Positions 38,473 through 47,599 of a stretch of 64,000 nucleotides of DNA are shown piece after piece. How positions within the stretch are numbered: the stretch's first letter is position 1; every line of letters begins with the position of its first letter. Source of the DNA: a virus; the IMG/VR virus record IMGVR_UViG_3300013131_004463, positions 1 through 64,000 of that record. One strand, 5' to 3'. The position numbers and the translations under genes were made by a program. The notes under the pieces were generated by a model, which saw nothing but the letters and a program-made list of their open reading frames with translations, had not been told where the DNA came from and ran no database searches.

Positions 38473-38759
38473 TATTTTCTCATAGATCCTATTCTTTGCT
38501 TTTTTTCTCTGCTTCTTTTGGCTACATTTTTTATATTTTCTTCTGAAAATATTTCAGAAAAAATATCTTTTTTGTTTTCAATCTTTGAAATAAGATAATT
38601 AATTGTTCTATACCTACAAGAACAATTCGGCGAGTTTCTTAGAGTTGTTAAATCCGCAAGGATTTCAGGAAACTTTTCTTTCAAAGAATTTAAAAAAATA
38701 TCGTCCTCTATAAAGACTTCCAAAAAAGTTCTAGATTTTATTATATCCTCTATAATCAT
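38472..38759 (-). CDS. Hypothetical protein
   Basis: 95 aa with PNCSC motif; TAGAAA-17-TATAAT upstream. Confidence 0.6.
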   Translation of the reverse strand: MIIEDIIKSRTFLEVFIEDDIFLNSLKEKFPEILADLTTLRNSPNCSCRYRTINYLISKIENKKDIFSEIFSEENIKNVAKRSREKKQRIGSMRK

Positions 38760-38829
38760 ATTAAATTATAATATTAAATATTAATATTTTCTAATATTTT
38801 AAACTCCACTTAATATATAGGTATATTTT

Positions 38830-39771
38830 TTATAAACCAATGAAACCAGGAGGTGATGTAGATGGATCGGTTTGTATACTTAATGAAGAGTCAGAATTTA
38901 AATCGTATCCATCTTGTCCATATGAAAATTGTGTTACTTGGTTATTATTCGCAGCAATATTAATATTTGCATTATTTGTAATTTGGGTAGTTAAATTTAT
39001 ATTTAATTTAGCATCATTATCTAATGAATAATTAAGGTCTCTTGATGTTTGTGTTAACTTAGAAAAATTAAATTTTAATAAATCTCTACTAGTATTATAG
39101 TCCTTAAAACCAATACTTAATGGACCTGTAGCGATTTGATTAAAGATATTTGTAATCCTTTCTTGATTATATTCGCTCATGGAAAAGTTAAAATTTAAAT
39201 TAATATTTATTGGATATTTAATAATTACTTCATCTGGTAAATAATTATTTATCGTATAAACCGGTTCTCGTGATACTTCAATACCTAAATCCAATGATTC
39301 TAATCTATTGTTATTTGCTTCATTTAAATTTAAATCAACATAATAATTATCTGCAGGGATAAAATTATTTAATCTAAACGGCGTATAAGAAAAGGTTCCA
39401 GATGTATTACCAAGTTCACCAAGTATTAAAGCCCTAATATTGACTCGAGGATATTCCCCTAATCTATAATTAATTGAATAATTTGTAAGATAGCCACTCG
39501 AAAATGTAAAAAATTTATTCCCATACTCTATTTTTCCAGAAAAAGCATCGCCAGTGACATATCCTATTAATGGATCATTTCTAGTTAGAAGATAATCTAA
39601 GCTTAAATTTGCAGCGATTGGTTTAGATATAAAATAATTTAAATTTCCATCACTTATAGCCAACGATGTTCCTATATTATTATTATATGATACTTGAACA
39701 TTTTGTATCCCAGAAATAATAGAATTATTTAGATAAAAATTTTGATTTTCTATAGAATAAACATTAAACAT
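38830..39771 (-). CDS. Tail-tube-like virion protein
   Basis: Shares pattern with 57489-58670 (GIQNVQVSY vs RIQTANYSF; REPVYTI...KYPININLN vs RTPIEKL...DFPLTVTLS); GTGTAA upstream. Confidence 0.55.
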   Translation of the reverse strand: MFNVYSIENQNFYLNNSIISGIQNVQVSYNNNIGTSLAISDGNLNYFISKPIAANLSLDYLLTRNDPLIGYVTGDAFSGKIEYGNKFFTFSSGYLTNYSINYRLGEYPRVNIRALILGELGNTSGTFSYTPFRLNNFIPADNYYVDLNLNEANNNRLESLDLGIEVSREPVYTINNYLPDEVIIKYPININLNFNFSMSEYNQERITNIFNQIATGPLSIGFKDYNTSRDLLKFNFSKLTQTSRDLNYSLDNDAKLNINLTTQITNNANINIAANNNQVTQFSYGQDGYDLNSDSSLSIQTDPSTSPPGFIGL

Positions 39772-39780
39772 TAAATATAA

Positions 39781-39802
39781 TTACACTTCTTTTTAAGTGT
39801 AA
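39781..39802. promoter_or_regulatory. Back-to-back GTGTAA elements (divergent late promoters)
   Basis: TTACACTT-CTTTTT-AAGTGTAA inverted repeat between divergent structural genes. Confidence 0.65.
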
Positions 39803-39823
39803 AATATAAGAGGTAAAAGGTAT

Positions 39824-40363
39824 ATGCCAAGTATTTACGACACAGTTCCGAATTGGACTACTAGTCCAACTAGTTTTGATAAGTATGCTATCGTCAAGGG
39901 TAGCGACAACAGATTTTATTATTCTGTTATAAATTCTAATGTTGGCAATAATCCCATCACGATTTCTAATTTACAATCCAGATGGGATGGATATATATCT
40001 CTAAACTCAGTTTTATATCCAAATTTTTGGTGGAAATCTTCTTATGGTATAGATTTTCTTAGTAACCCTAGAATTAAAATAAATCAATTTGGTAATGGTT
40101 ATCAACAAAGAGTACAAGAATCAATTAATAATAATCTGAAACAAATTAACATAAGTTTTGAAAACAGAAGTGAATTAGAGACCGTATCAATTTTACATTT
40201 TTTACAACAAAGAAATTCCAAAGAAAGTTTTGTTTATAATTTACCTACAATTTATTCGAGACCAAGCGTTAAAACTATGTTTACTTGCCCAACATGGGTG
40301 GTTCAGCCTGTTTCTTACAATGTTTATACTATAAAAGCTGAATTTTCTGAGGTACCAGAATAA
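39824..40363 (+). CDS. Minor tail protein, lambda gpM-like
   Basis: PRIKINQFGNGYQQR...INN, FL......SF and IKAEFSEV. Confidence 0.8.
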   Translation: MPSIYDTVPNWTTSPTSFDKYAIVKGSDNRFYYSVINSNVGNNPITISNLQSRWDGYISLNSVLYPNFWWKSSYGIDFLSNPRIKINQFGNGYQQRVQESINNNLKQINISFENRSELETVSILHFLQQRNSKESFVYNLPTIYSRPSVKTMFTCPTWVVQPVSYNVYTIKAEFSEVPE

Positions 40364-40364
40364 T

Positions 40365-41741
40365 ATGTCTGTATCCCAAAATCAAACTTATTTATCAATT
40401 GTAAGTGGAAGTAGAGATATTAGGGAAAATATTTTATCTTTAAATCCATCTTCATTAATAGAATTATTTGAAATAGATTTTTCTGAAGTTCATCCAATAA
40501 CGAAAACCTTAAGCTACGGAAATGATCAACCTACTAATATGGGGATATTGCGTATTTATAACAATTTTAATTTATTTAAAATGACAAATAATCCATATGG
40601 AATAATTAATTGGAGAAATAATTCATATTACCCATTTCCTATAAAAGCAGATGGATTTGAATATAATTCATCAACGACATTACCAACCCCAAAGATATCA
40701 ATATCAAACTCTTCTCCTGATCGTTCAAATAATTCTTTCTATAATTATCTTAGAATGCAGTTTCAATCTTTTGACGATATAATTGGGGCAAAATTTACAA
40801 GAATTAGAACATTTTTGAAATATCTAAATTCTTCAAATTTTGACGAAGGATACAATATATATACTACAAATACAGGTATCTACGAAATAGAACTTCCAAA
40901 AGATGTCTATTATATAGATAGAAAAACCATCGAAAATAGTGCTACGATCGAATATCAACTTAATACAATACTTGATTTAGAAAATTTAGTTTTTCCAGGA
41001 AGGACAATATATTCAAAAAAATGTCCATTTCAATATCGTGGAGAAGGATGCTGTTATGAGTATAATAATAGATTGACTTCATTGCATAGTGGAATTTATG
41101 CATATACAATAAATCCCAGTATTAGGGTATCAGGTCTTTTAACTGCTCCTCCAGTTGCAACAGAAAATAATCAATTATTTATTGGTGGAATTTTTCCCAC
41201 AGGACAAATTGGAGCTAGCGCAATACATAGAATCACTGGATCAAATCAAGGAAACAATGGTCCACTTGGTAATTCTGGAGCTTGGAACATAAATAATACA
41301 TATATTTCGGGTGATTTTGTTTTTTTAGAAAATAGAAATTTAAAAAACTATTTTGTTTGCATTAAGAATCATACCTCAAATGCTTTCGATACACCTTTAA
41401 ATAATAATTATTGGACACCAGATGTTTGCGCTAAAGATATTCGCTCGTGTAGACTGAGATGGTTAAAAAATCCTGCATTTAGACCAATTATTTGGCCCGA
41501 GAATAGAGGTGGAGAAAATTTTAATGCTACAGCTTCAAGAATACACTGGACGTATTATAACAATGAAAGTCTTTTTGTCACTGGTGTTACTGGACAAGCA
41601 GTAAATTTTCCTAGAAGACCTGGAGCTGAAAATCCTAGTTCACCCGAAGCGCATGGAATTCCTAAAGATGCAAATGGAAATTATTTAAATGGATTTTTAC
41701 CATTTGGAGGATTTCCTGGCACAAATAAACCAAATGTTTAA
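40365..41741 (+). CDS. Minor tail protein, lambda gpL-like
   Basis: LIELFEID, PFPIKADGFE, CPFQYRGEGC, DVCAK...SC.LR and LPFGGFPG. Confidence 0.85.
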   Translation: MSVSQNQTYLSIVSGSRDIRENILSLNPSSLIELFEIDFSEVHPITKTLSYGNDQPTNMGILRIYNNFNLFKMTNNPYGIINWRNNSYYPFPIKADGFEYNSSTTLPTPKISISNSSPDRSNNSFYNYLRMQFQSFDDIIGAKFTRIRTFLKYLNSSNFDEGYNIYTTNTGIYEIELPKDVYYIDRKTIENSATIEYQLNTILDLENLVFPGRTIYSKKCPFQYRGEGCCYEYNNRLTSLHSGIYAYTINPSIRVSGLLTAPPVATENNQLFIGGIFPTGQIGASAIHRITGSNQGNNGPLGNSGAWNINNTYISGDFVFLENRNLKNYFVCIKNHTSNAFDTPLNNNYWTPDVCAKDIRSCRLRWLKNPAFRPIIWPENRGGENFNATASRIHWTYYNNESLFVTGVTGQAVNFPRRPGAENPSSPEAHGIPKDANGNYLNGFLPFGGFPGTNKPNV

Positions 41742-42126
41742 TAAAAAAATTAAAAATTTTATAAAAGAGGAGTGCTTAAAAAATAGCTCAGAAGAGTCTT
41801 GTGGTTTTATAGTTTTTAAAAATGATTTCATTTGCGTTCCATGTAAGAATATATCTTCTGATCCAACCAATTTTTTTAAAATTTCTTCACTTGATTTTTT
41901 AAAAACAAAATATTTATATAATGAAATACATTACATATACCATAGTCATATAAGCGAAAATTGCGAATTTTCTGAATTAGATAAAAAATGTTCTGATTTT
42001 TTGATGATACCAATCATATTATATAATATTCAAAAAAATATATTTAAACTTTATAGTTCTACTAATTTAAAAAATTCTAATATAGAAAAAGATTTTGCAT
42101 GTAATCATTTAGAGGTAAAAATATGA
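41734..42126 (+). CDS. Tail assembly protein, gpK-like (JAB/MPN domain only)
   Basis: EESCGFI...N...F...YHSH...FS..D. Confidence 0.75.
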   Translation: MFNKKIKNFIKEECLKNSSEESCGFIVFKNDFICVPCKNISSDPTNFFKISSLDFLKTKYLYNEIHYIYHSHISENCEFSELDKKCSDFLMIPIILYNIQKNIFKLYSSTNLKNSNIEKDFACNHLEVKI

Positions 42127-42938
42127 TAAAAGTTAATTTACATGGTAAATTAGGACAAGAGATTGGACAAGTTTGGGATTTAGAAGTCTCAAGCGTTGCA
42201 GAGGCTCTAAGGGCAATAGAAATAAATACAAAAAAATTTAGAAAGCATTTAATAGATAATATGGACTATGGATATGAAATATTAATTAATAGTAGTCCTC
42301 TCTTTTCTGAGGTTCCAAATATTAAAAGTATAGAAGAAATTAAAAATACAGAATTATTTATTATTCTAGATGAAAAAATTGAAACAATAGACATTGTTCC
42401 ATGTTTAATTGGCGCCGATTTTTTTCAAAGTGTTGCTAATTTCTTTACTAAAACTATACCCAAATTCGCTAGTAGCCCAGTAGGTCAAATAGTGATAGGT
42501 GGAATTGGATTAGCGGCTGGATTTGGAATTGGTTACGCTTACCCTCAATTTATGCCACTTGCAGTTGGTATTGGTTATGCTAGCATAGGTTTAATAGCTA
42601 ATGGTACTAGTGCGCTATTATCTAAGCCTCCACCACCCGTACCATTCACAGCTAACCAAGCTGATCCAATAGGTGGATCAGCAGGTGGTGCAAATTCATA
42701 CCTTTTTAATGGTCCATCTAATACAGTAGGCGAAGGTGGCCCAGTGCCAGTCGGATATGGAACTCTACTAGTTGGAGGAAATAATATTTTTGCAAATTAT
42801 GATATACTATATAAAACATATGTTGGCACTTATGATAGCGCAACTGAACAATCTATTCTTGAAGGAGATAATCAATATATATTTAATTCGAAATGTTATC
42901 TAATAGATCAGAAATCTCTATCTTCAATTCCTTTTTAA
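42123..42938 (+). CDS. Tail assembly protein, lambda gpI-like
   Basis: VNLHGKLG, SVAEALRAI and SYLFNG..NT..EG.PVPVGYG. Confidence 0.85.
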   Translation: MIKVNLHGKLGQEIGQVWDLEVSSVAEALRAIEINTKKFRKHLIDNMDYGYEILINSSPLFSEVPNIKSIEEIKNTELFIILDEKIETIDIVPCLIGADFFQSVANFFTKTIPKFASSPVGQIVIGGIGLAAGFGIGYAYPQFMPLAVGIGYASIGLIANGTSALLSKPPPPVPFTANQADPIGGSAGGANSYLFNGPSNTVGEGGPVPVGYGTLLVGGNNIFANYDILYKTYVGTYDSATEQSILEGDNQYIFNSKCYLIDQKSLSSIPF

Positions 42939-42941
42939 TTT

Positions 42942-45900
42942 ATGCCAATTAATAAATATGCAGATGGTTTGGCTTATGTACTGTTTCCTGGAAATATTGG
43001 ATATGGACCTGCTGGATATAATTTTCCAGAAAGTACGGCTCAAGATGATGGTGGTGGTGTTGGAGCTATATCTTTATCTTTTAGCGGTTCTACTGTACCA
43101 TATCTTAGTTCTACCGATGTAAGTGGCTGGGGATATGGACCAAGTGGCTTTTACTCTGCTTATACTCCTCTAGCGACATTAAGTAGTCACACTTATAATC
43201 CTTTCACTTCACATCCAACGCTTCCAACTAGTAGAATATACTCAGGTGTAGATCCTGACACGCCAAATTTAAGATCTATTTTTTCTGTAGATACACGTGC
43301 AGCAACTGAGGCTAGTTATGGAGATAGAAAGAAGCGAACAGCAATAAGCTCTATTTCAGAAATTAATATTTTAGATTTGGTTTGCGAAGGCCCAATTGAA
43401 GGTTTTCCTACTGGAAAATATTATTATAGTTTAAGCGGTAAAACTACTGGAGATATTGGATATACTTCAGCCATCTTTGAGCCTTATGGTTCCACGAATA
43501 GCGTACCACAAGCAAGATCCATATTTTGGGACGACACACCTTTAGCAGATCAAAATGGTTTTAATAATTTTCAATATTCAAATTATAAATTTTCTTATGG
43601 GGAAAAAACTAATGATCACACGATATTTAATCCATATTTAAATATTTACGAAGAAAGAAGGAATTATTTTGGAAGACAAGTAGATAATAATAAAATACCA
43701 CTTCAGACTTCTGTAACTAAGCAAATTAATGAAAGAATTTATGGATATTATCTTATAAGTGGTAGTAATAGAATAGTTACTCCAAAAACATATTATATAT
43801 ATAATACAGACGTTTCTTCTATACAAATTAATATTAAAATAAACAGTCTATACGAACAAATAGTGAAAGGTAGTAACGCTGGAGATATAGAGCAACAAGA
43901 GATGCAGTTTCAATTTATAATCTATAGAGTTTTAAAAGATTACTCATTAGTGCGATTAGATACCTCAAAATATCCACCTTTTGAATCAGATGCTTGGTCA
44001 AGTGATGAGATTACATTAAAAGGTAAAGTCACAAGTTCACCTGTAATTTGGACATATCATATTACATTAAGACCATTCGCAGAGAATAGACCAACTTTTA
44101 AATTATTTGACGACCAAATTGGCTGGGCGATAGACATTATCAAACAAAGCAGAGAAGCTACATCTACCAGTTTAAAAAGTGAGAGCTCTATAGATAGCAT
44201 AACTGAAGTCTATTCTGATAGATTTGTTTATCCAGATTCTGCATTAGTTTTTTCTAAATTTGACGCAAGATATTTCAGCGCAATTCCAACTAGATCTTAT
44301 CTCTTAAAACTTTTAAAAGTTAAAATTCCTGTTAATTATGATCCAATAGCAAGAAATTACAATGGTCCTTGGAATGGCAAATTTAAAGTCGCATGGACAG
44401 ATAATCCAGCTTGGTGTTTTTATGATATTATAACAAATAATAGATTTGGATTAGGTAAATATATAGACGAAAAATTAGCAGATAAATGGAATTTATATGA
44501 AATAAGCCAATATTGCGATCAATTGGTAAGCGACGGGGTTGGCGGACTAGAACCAAGATTTACATGCAATGTTATGTTTAATACAAAAGAAGAGGCGTAT
44601 AAAGTTTTAAATGATATGGCCAGTTTATTTCTAGGAATACTTTATTATTCTGCTGGTCAAATCTTTTTATCACAAGATTCACCAAGAGATTCAGTTTATT
44701 TATTTAGTAATAGCAATGTAATCGCCCCTGGATTCTCTTATTCTGATGCTTCAAAAAAATCAAGAAAAACAGTAGCTATAGTAAGATATAATGATGAAAA
44801 TGATAATTATAAACCCGCGATAGAGGTAGTTGAAGATGTAAGTGCGATGCTTAAACTTGGAGTCAGAGAAACAGAAATTACATCCTTTGGTTGTACCAAT
44901 AGAAATCAAGCAAGAAGAGCGGGCAAATGGCTTCTTGCTACTCAAAATTCAAACACAGAAATTGTAGAATTTCAAGCTGGTTTAGAGGGAAGTCTGATAC
45001 GACCTGGAGATGTTATATCTATTTATGATCAAGCAAGAAAAAATTTAAGTTATGCAGGTAGAACATTAGAATTAACAACTGGATATGCGGTATTAGATTT
45101 ACCATATGATTCTATAAATACATATGCTCTAACTGGAGTTAATGCAAATAATTCATTTATATTTGATGTTATAACCCCAACTTATAACCTAGATTTCGGA
45201 ACAGATCTAGGTGATCTTTATGCTACGGGTTATAGCTCTGTAAACTCTTCTGGAGTTAGTGGTTTAAATAGTTCATTTTTCAAAAGAAGTCAAATACAAT
45301 CTATTAGAATTAATAATCCAAGAAATTTTATAACTAGCGGATCTGGTATATACACCAACAACATAAGGTTAAATTTTAGTTCTTCTTTAGGTAATTTAAC
45401 TAGTGGATATATATTACCTCAAAGTGCACCTTGGATTATAAACATAGATACTACTGGATATTTGGCCGCAGGTATTAATACAAAATCTAATATCAATAAT
45501 GATGCTCAAAATCTTTATCCAGGATACTATCTAGAATCTTACTTAAATAAACCTCAAAAATATAAAGTTTTAAATATTACAGAAAATGACAACGCTTTAT
45601 TTACAATTAGCGCCTTAGAATATAATGATAAAAAATTTAAAGATATAGATAATATTGGACAACTTGTAAATACACCAATAAGACCGGCTTCGCCTACTAC
45701 TCCTAATTTAATACTTAGTACAATATTTAGGGATAAAAATGGTTGTTATTACACACCATATCTTAATGATTATGCAACATATGGATGTGGCTCACCAGTA
45801 TACGGAGACTTACCTTATTCTACAAATCAAAATGGTATTAACAGTATAATGTATAACATAATTCCACCAGCAAATTCTTCGAATACAATTTATTATACAT

Positions 45901-46181
45901 ATGTTAAAACTGGGACAAATTTTGATTCAACTACTCCATTAGAATCTTTTGTGAGTGCAATTTCGAGCGAAAATTTACAAACAGGAATATCACATAATAA
46001 TATATTAAACGCTCCGATATTTCCTCCTTTTATAACTCCACTTCGTACTGGTTCTTATTTTTTCAGAGTATTTGCACAAAATAGTATAGGCGAAAGATCT
46101 TCTGCTGCTACAGGATTATTAATTCTTAGGAATCAGATAAAAGCTGCAGATGTAGAGGCTTCAGGAATTAATGTATATTAA
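42942..46181 (+). CDS. Tail tip/host-specificity protein, lambda gpJ-like
   Basis: DLVCEGPIEG, KVKIPVNYDP, WTDNPAWCFYD, EPRFTCN, GCT...QARRAGKW and C-terminal FN3-like strands. Confidence 0.88.
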   Translation: MPINKYADGLAYVLFPGNIGYGPAGYNFPESTAQDDGGGVGAISLSFSGSTVPYLSSTDVSGWGYGPSGFYSAYTPLATLSSHTYNPFTSHPTLPTSRIYSGVDPDTPNLRSIFSVDTRAATEASYGDRKKRTAISSISEINILDLVCEGPIEGFPTGKYYYSLSGKTTGDIGYTSAIFEPYGSTNSVPQARSIFWDDTPLADQNGFNNFQYSNYKFSYGEKTNDHTIFNPYLNIYEERRNYFGRQVDNNKIPLQTSVTKQINERIYGYYLISGSNRIVTPKTYYIYNTDVSSIQINIKINSLYEQIVKGSNAGDIEQQEMQFQFIIYRVLKDYSLVRLDTSKYPPFESDAWSSDEITLKGKVTSSPVIWTYHITLRPFAENRPTFKLFDDQIGWAIDIIKQSREATSTSLKSESSIDSITEVYSDRFVYPDSALVFSKFDARYFSAIPTRSYLLKLLKVKIPVNYDPIARNYNGPWNGKFKVAWTDNPAWCFYDIITNNRFGLGKYIDEKLADKWNLYEISQYCDQLVSDGVGGLEPRFTCNVMFNTKEEAYKVLNDMASLFLGILYYSAGQIFLSQDSPRDSVYLFSNSNVIAPGFSYSDASKKSRKTVAIVRYNDENDNYKPAIEVVEDVSAMLKLGVRETEITSFGCTNRNQARRAGKWLLATQNSNTEIVEFQAGLEGSLIRPGDVISIYDQARKNLSYAGRTLELTTGYAVLDLPYDSINTYALTGVNANNSFIFDVITPTYNLDFGTDLGDLYATGYSSVNSSGVSGLNSSFFKRSQIQSIRINNPRNFITSGSGIYTNNIRLNFSSSLGNLTSGYILPQSAPWIINIDTTGYLAAGINTKSNINNDAQNLYPGYYLESYLNKPQKYKVLNITENDNALFTISALEYNDKKFKDIDNIGQLVNTPIRPASPTTPNLILSTIFRDKNGCYYTPYLNDYATYGCGSPVYGDLPYSTNQNGINSIMYNIIPPANSSNTIYYTYVKTGTNFDSTTPLESFVSAISSENLQTGISHNNILNAPIFPPFITPLRTGSYFFRVFAQNSIGERSSAATGLLILRNQIKAADVEASGINVY

Positions 46182-46183
46182 TT

Positions 46184-47599
46184 ATGAAAATAAATAATTT
46201 TAATTTAACTTTTAAATGGGATACTTTGAGGTCAATACCTGATTATTTTGGGGAATATGAAGATTTCCCTAGTTATGATGTTATTATAAAAAATGGCGAA
46301 GATGAATTAGTGCAGGAGTTTAAAAATGTTGAAGGTTATGAACCACACCTAGATCAAACTGCCAGAAGGATACCTGGCTGTCCCAAGATAAAATTCTATA
46401 GTAGTGTCTCTAAAAATAAAGCTAAAAATATTTTTAAATATAATTTTTTAAATAATTTTTTAAAATATAAAGAATTAAAAAATAAATTAGGATTCTTTAA
46501 AAAATTAAAATTTCAAATTAAATACAATAATTCAATTAATAATTTTGAAAAAGAAATAGAATATGATGAAATAGAAAATTTAAATAAAAATACCTTGTTT
46601 AATAAAATATACAGAAGCGCAGATTATATGAGCGCAAAAGTGTTAATAAATAAAAATTATTTTGATGAAAAAAACATACATTCTTTTCTAATTCTAAGTC
46701 AAATTTCTAATAAAATTTTAAAGAATAAAAAATTAAATAATTTATTTGTAGAGAATGTTAAAGAAAAATGGTTGGATGTTAGCGATTCAATAACTTTACT
46801 TACTATACCTTTTATGGAAACTGATATAGTAGAGATCTCAGAAAATTTAAACATTAAAATTATCCCATTAAACTATTTTCAGTCTGAAGTTTATAAATTT
46901 TTAATAGAACAAAACGAAAAACAAGAAGACATAAATAATTTATATGAGGATTTCTTCCCTAATCAAGTATTTGATATAGGTAAAATATATAAACAAGTAT
47001 CTAATAATGAAACTGTAGCATTTTATCAAAATTATATTTACTTATTTAATACAGACAGTATTGAGACTAGTTCTTTACAAACAGATTTAACTATTAATGG
47101 TATTGTTTTTAATAAATATCTACCCTTGCTTAACAAGGGTCAAGAAAACAAAACGGTATGTTTATCTGATGATTTAAACACGGACAATGTTCTTGATAAC
47201 CCTTATAATTTACAAAAAGACTATTTGGGTTATTATGATAAAAATCTAATTGATTACGAAGATATTGCTATGGATGTTGATTATCTTCAAAATGAAGGTA
47301 TAAGTAGGGTAAAAATACTTGAAGTTGAAGAATTAGCTAATACTTGTAATATTTATATCGAATTTATAACATCTTTCTATAACAATGAGAAGTTCTATAT
47401 AGAAACTAGTAATAATCTTAAATTTTATGAAAAATATAAAACAACAATCGAAGATAAAGAATATATAACTTTGTTGTTTAAATATTCCTATAATTTAGAA
47501 TACTTGAATCAATATTTATCACAAAATCTTAATATCAATAAGAATCAAATAATAGCTGAAAAAGATTTAATTAATTTTTCTGCTAAACTAATAGTTTAA
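46184..47599 (+). CDS. Hypothetical Asn/Lys/Ile-rich protein
   Basis: 471-aa ORF starting 2 nt after gpJ; no recognised motif. Confidence 0.6.
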   Translation: MKINNFNLTFKWDTLRSIPDYFGEYEDFPSYDVIIKNGEDELVQEFKNVEGYEPHLDQTARRIPGCPKIKFYSSVSKNKAKNIFKYNFLNNFLKYKELKNKLGFFKKLKFQIKYNNSINNFEKEIEYDEIENLNKNTLFNKIYRSADYMSAKVLINKNYFDEKNIHSFLILSQISNKILKNKKLNNLFVENVKEKWLDVSDSITLLTIPFMETDIVEISENLNIKIIPLNYFQSEVYKFLIEQNEKQEDINNLYEDFFPNQVFDIGKIYKQVSNNETVAFYQNYIYLFNTDSIETSSLQTDLTINGIVFNKYLPLLNKGQENKTVCLSDDLNTDNVLDNPYNLQKDYLGYYDKNLIDYEDIAMDVDYLQNEGISRVKILEVEELANTCNIYIEFITSFYNNEKFYIETSNNLKFYEKYKTTIEDKEYITLLFKYSYNLEYLNQYLSQNLNINKNQIIAEKDLINFSAKLIV

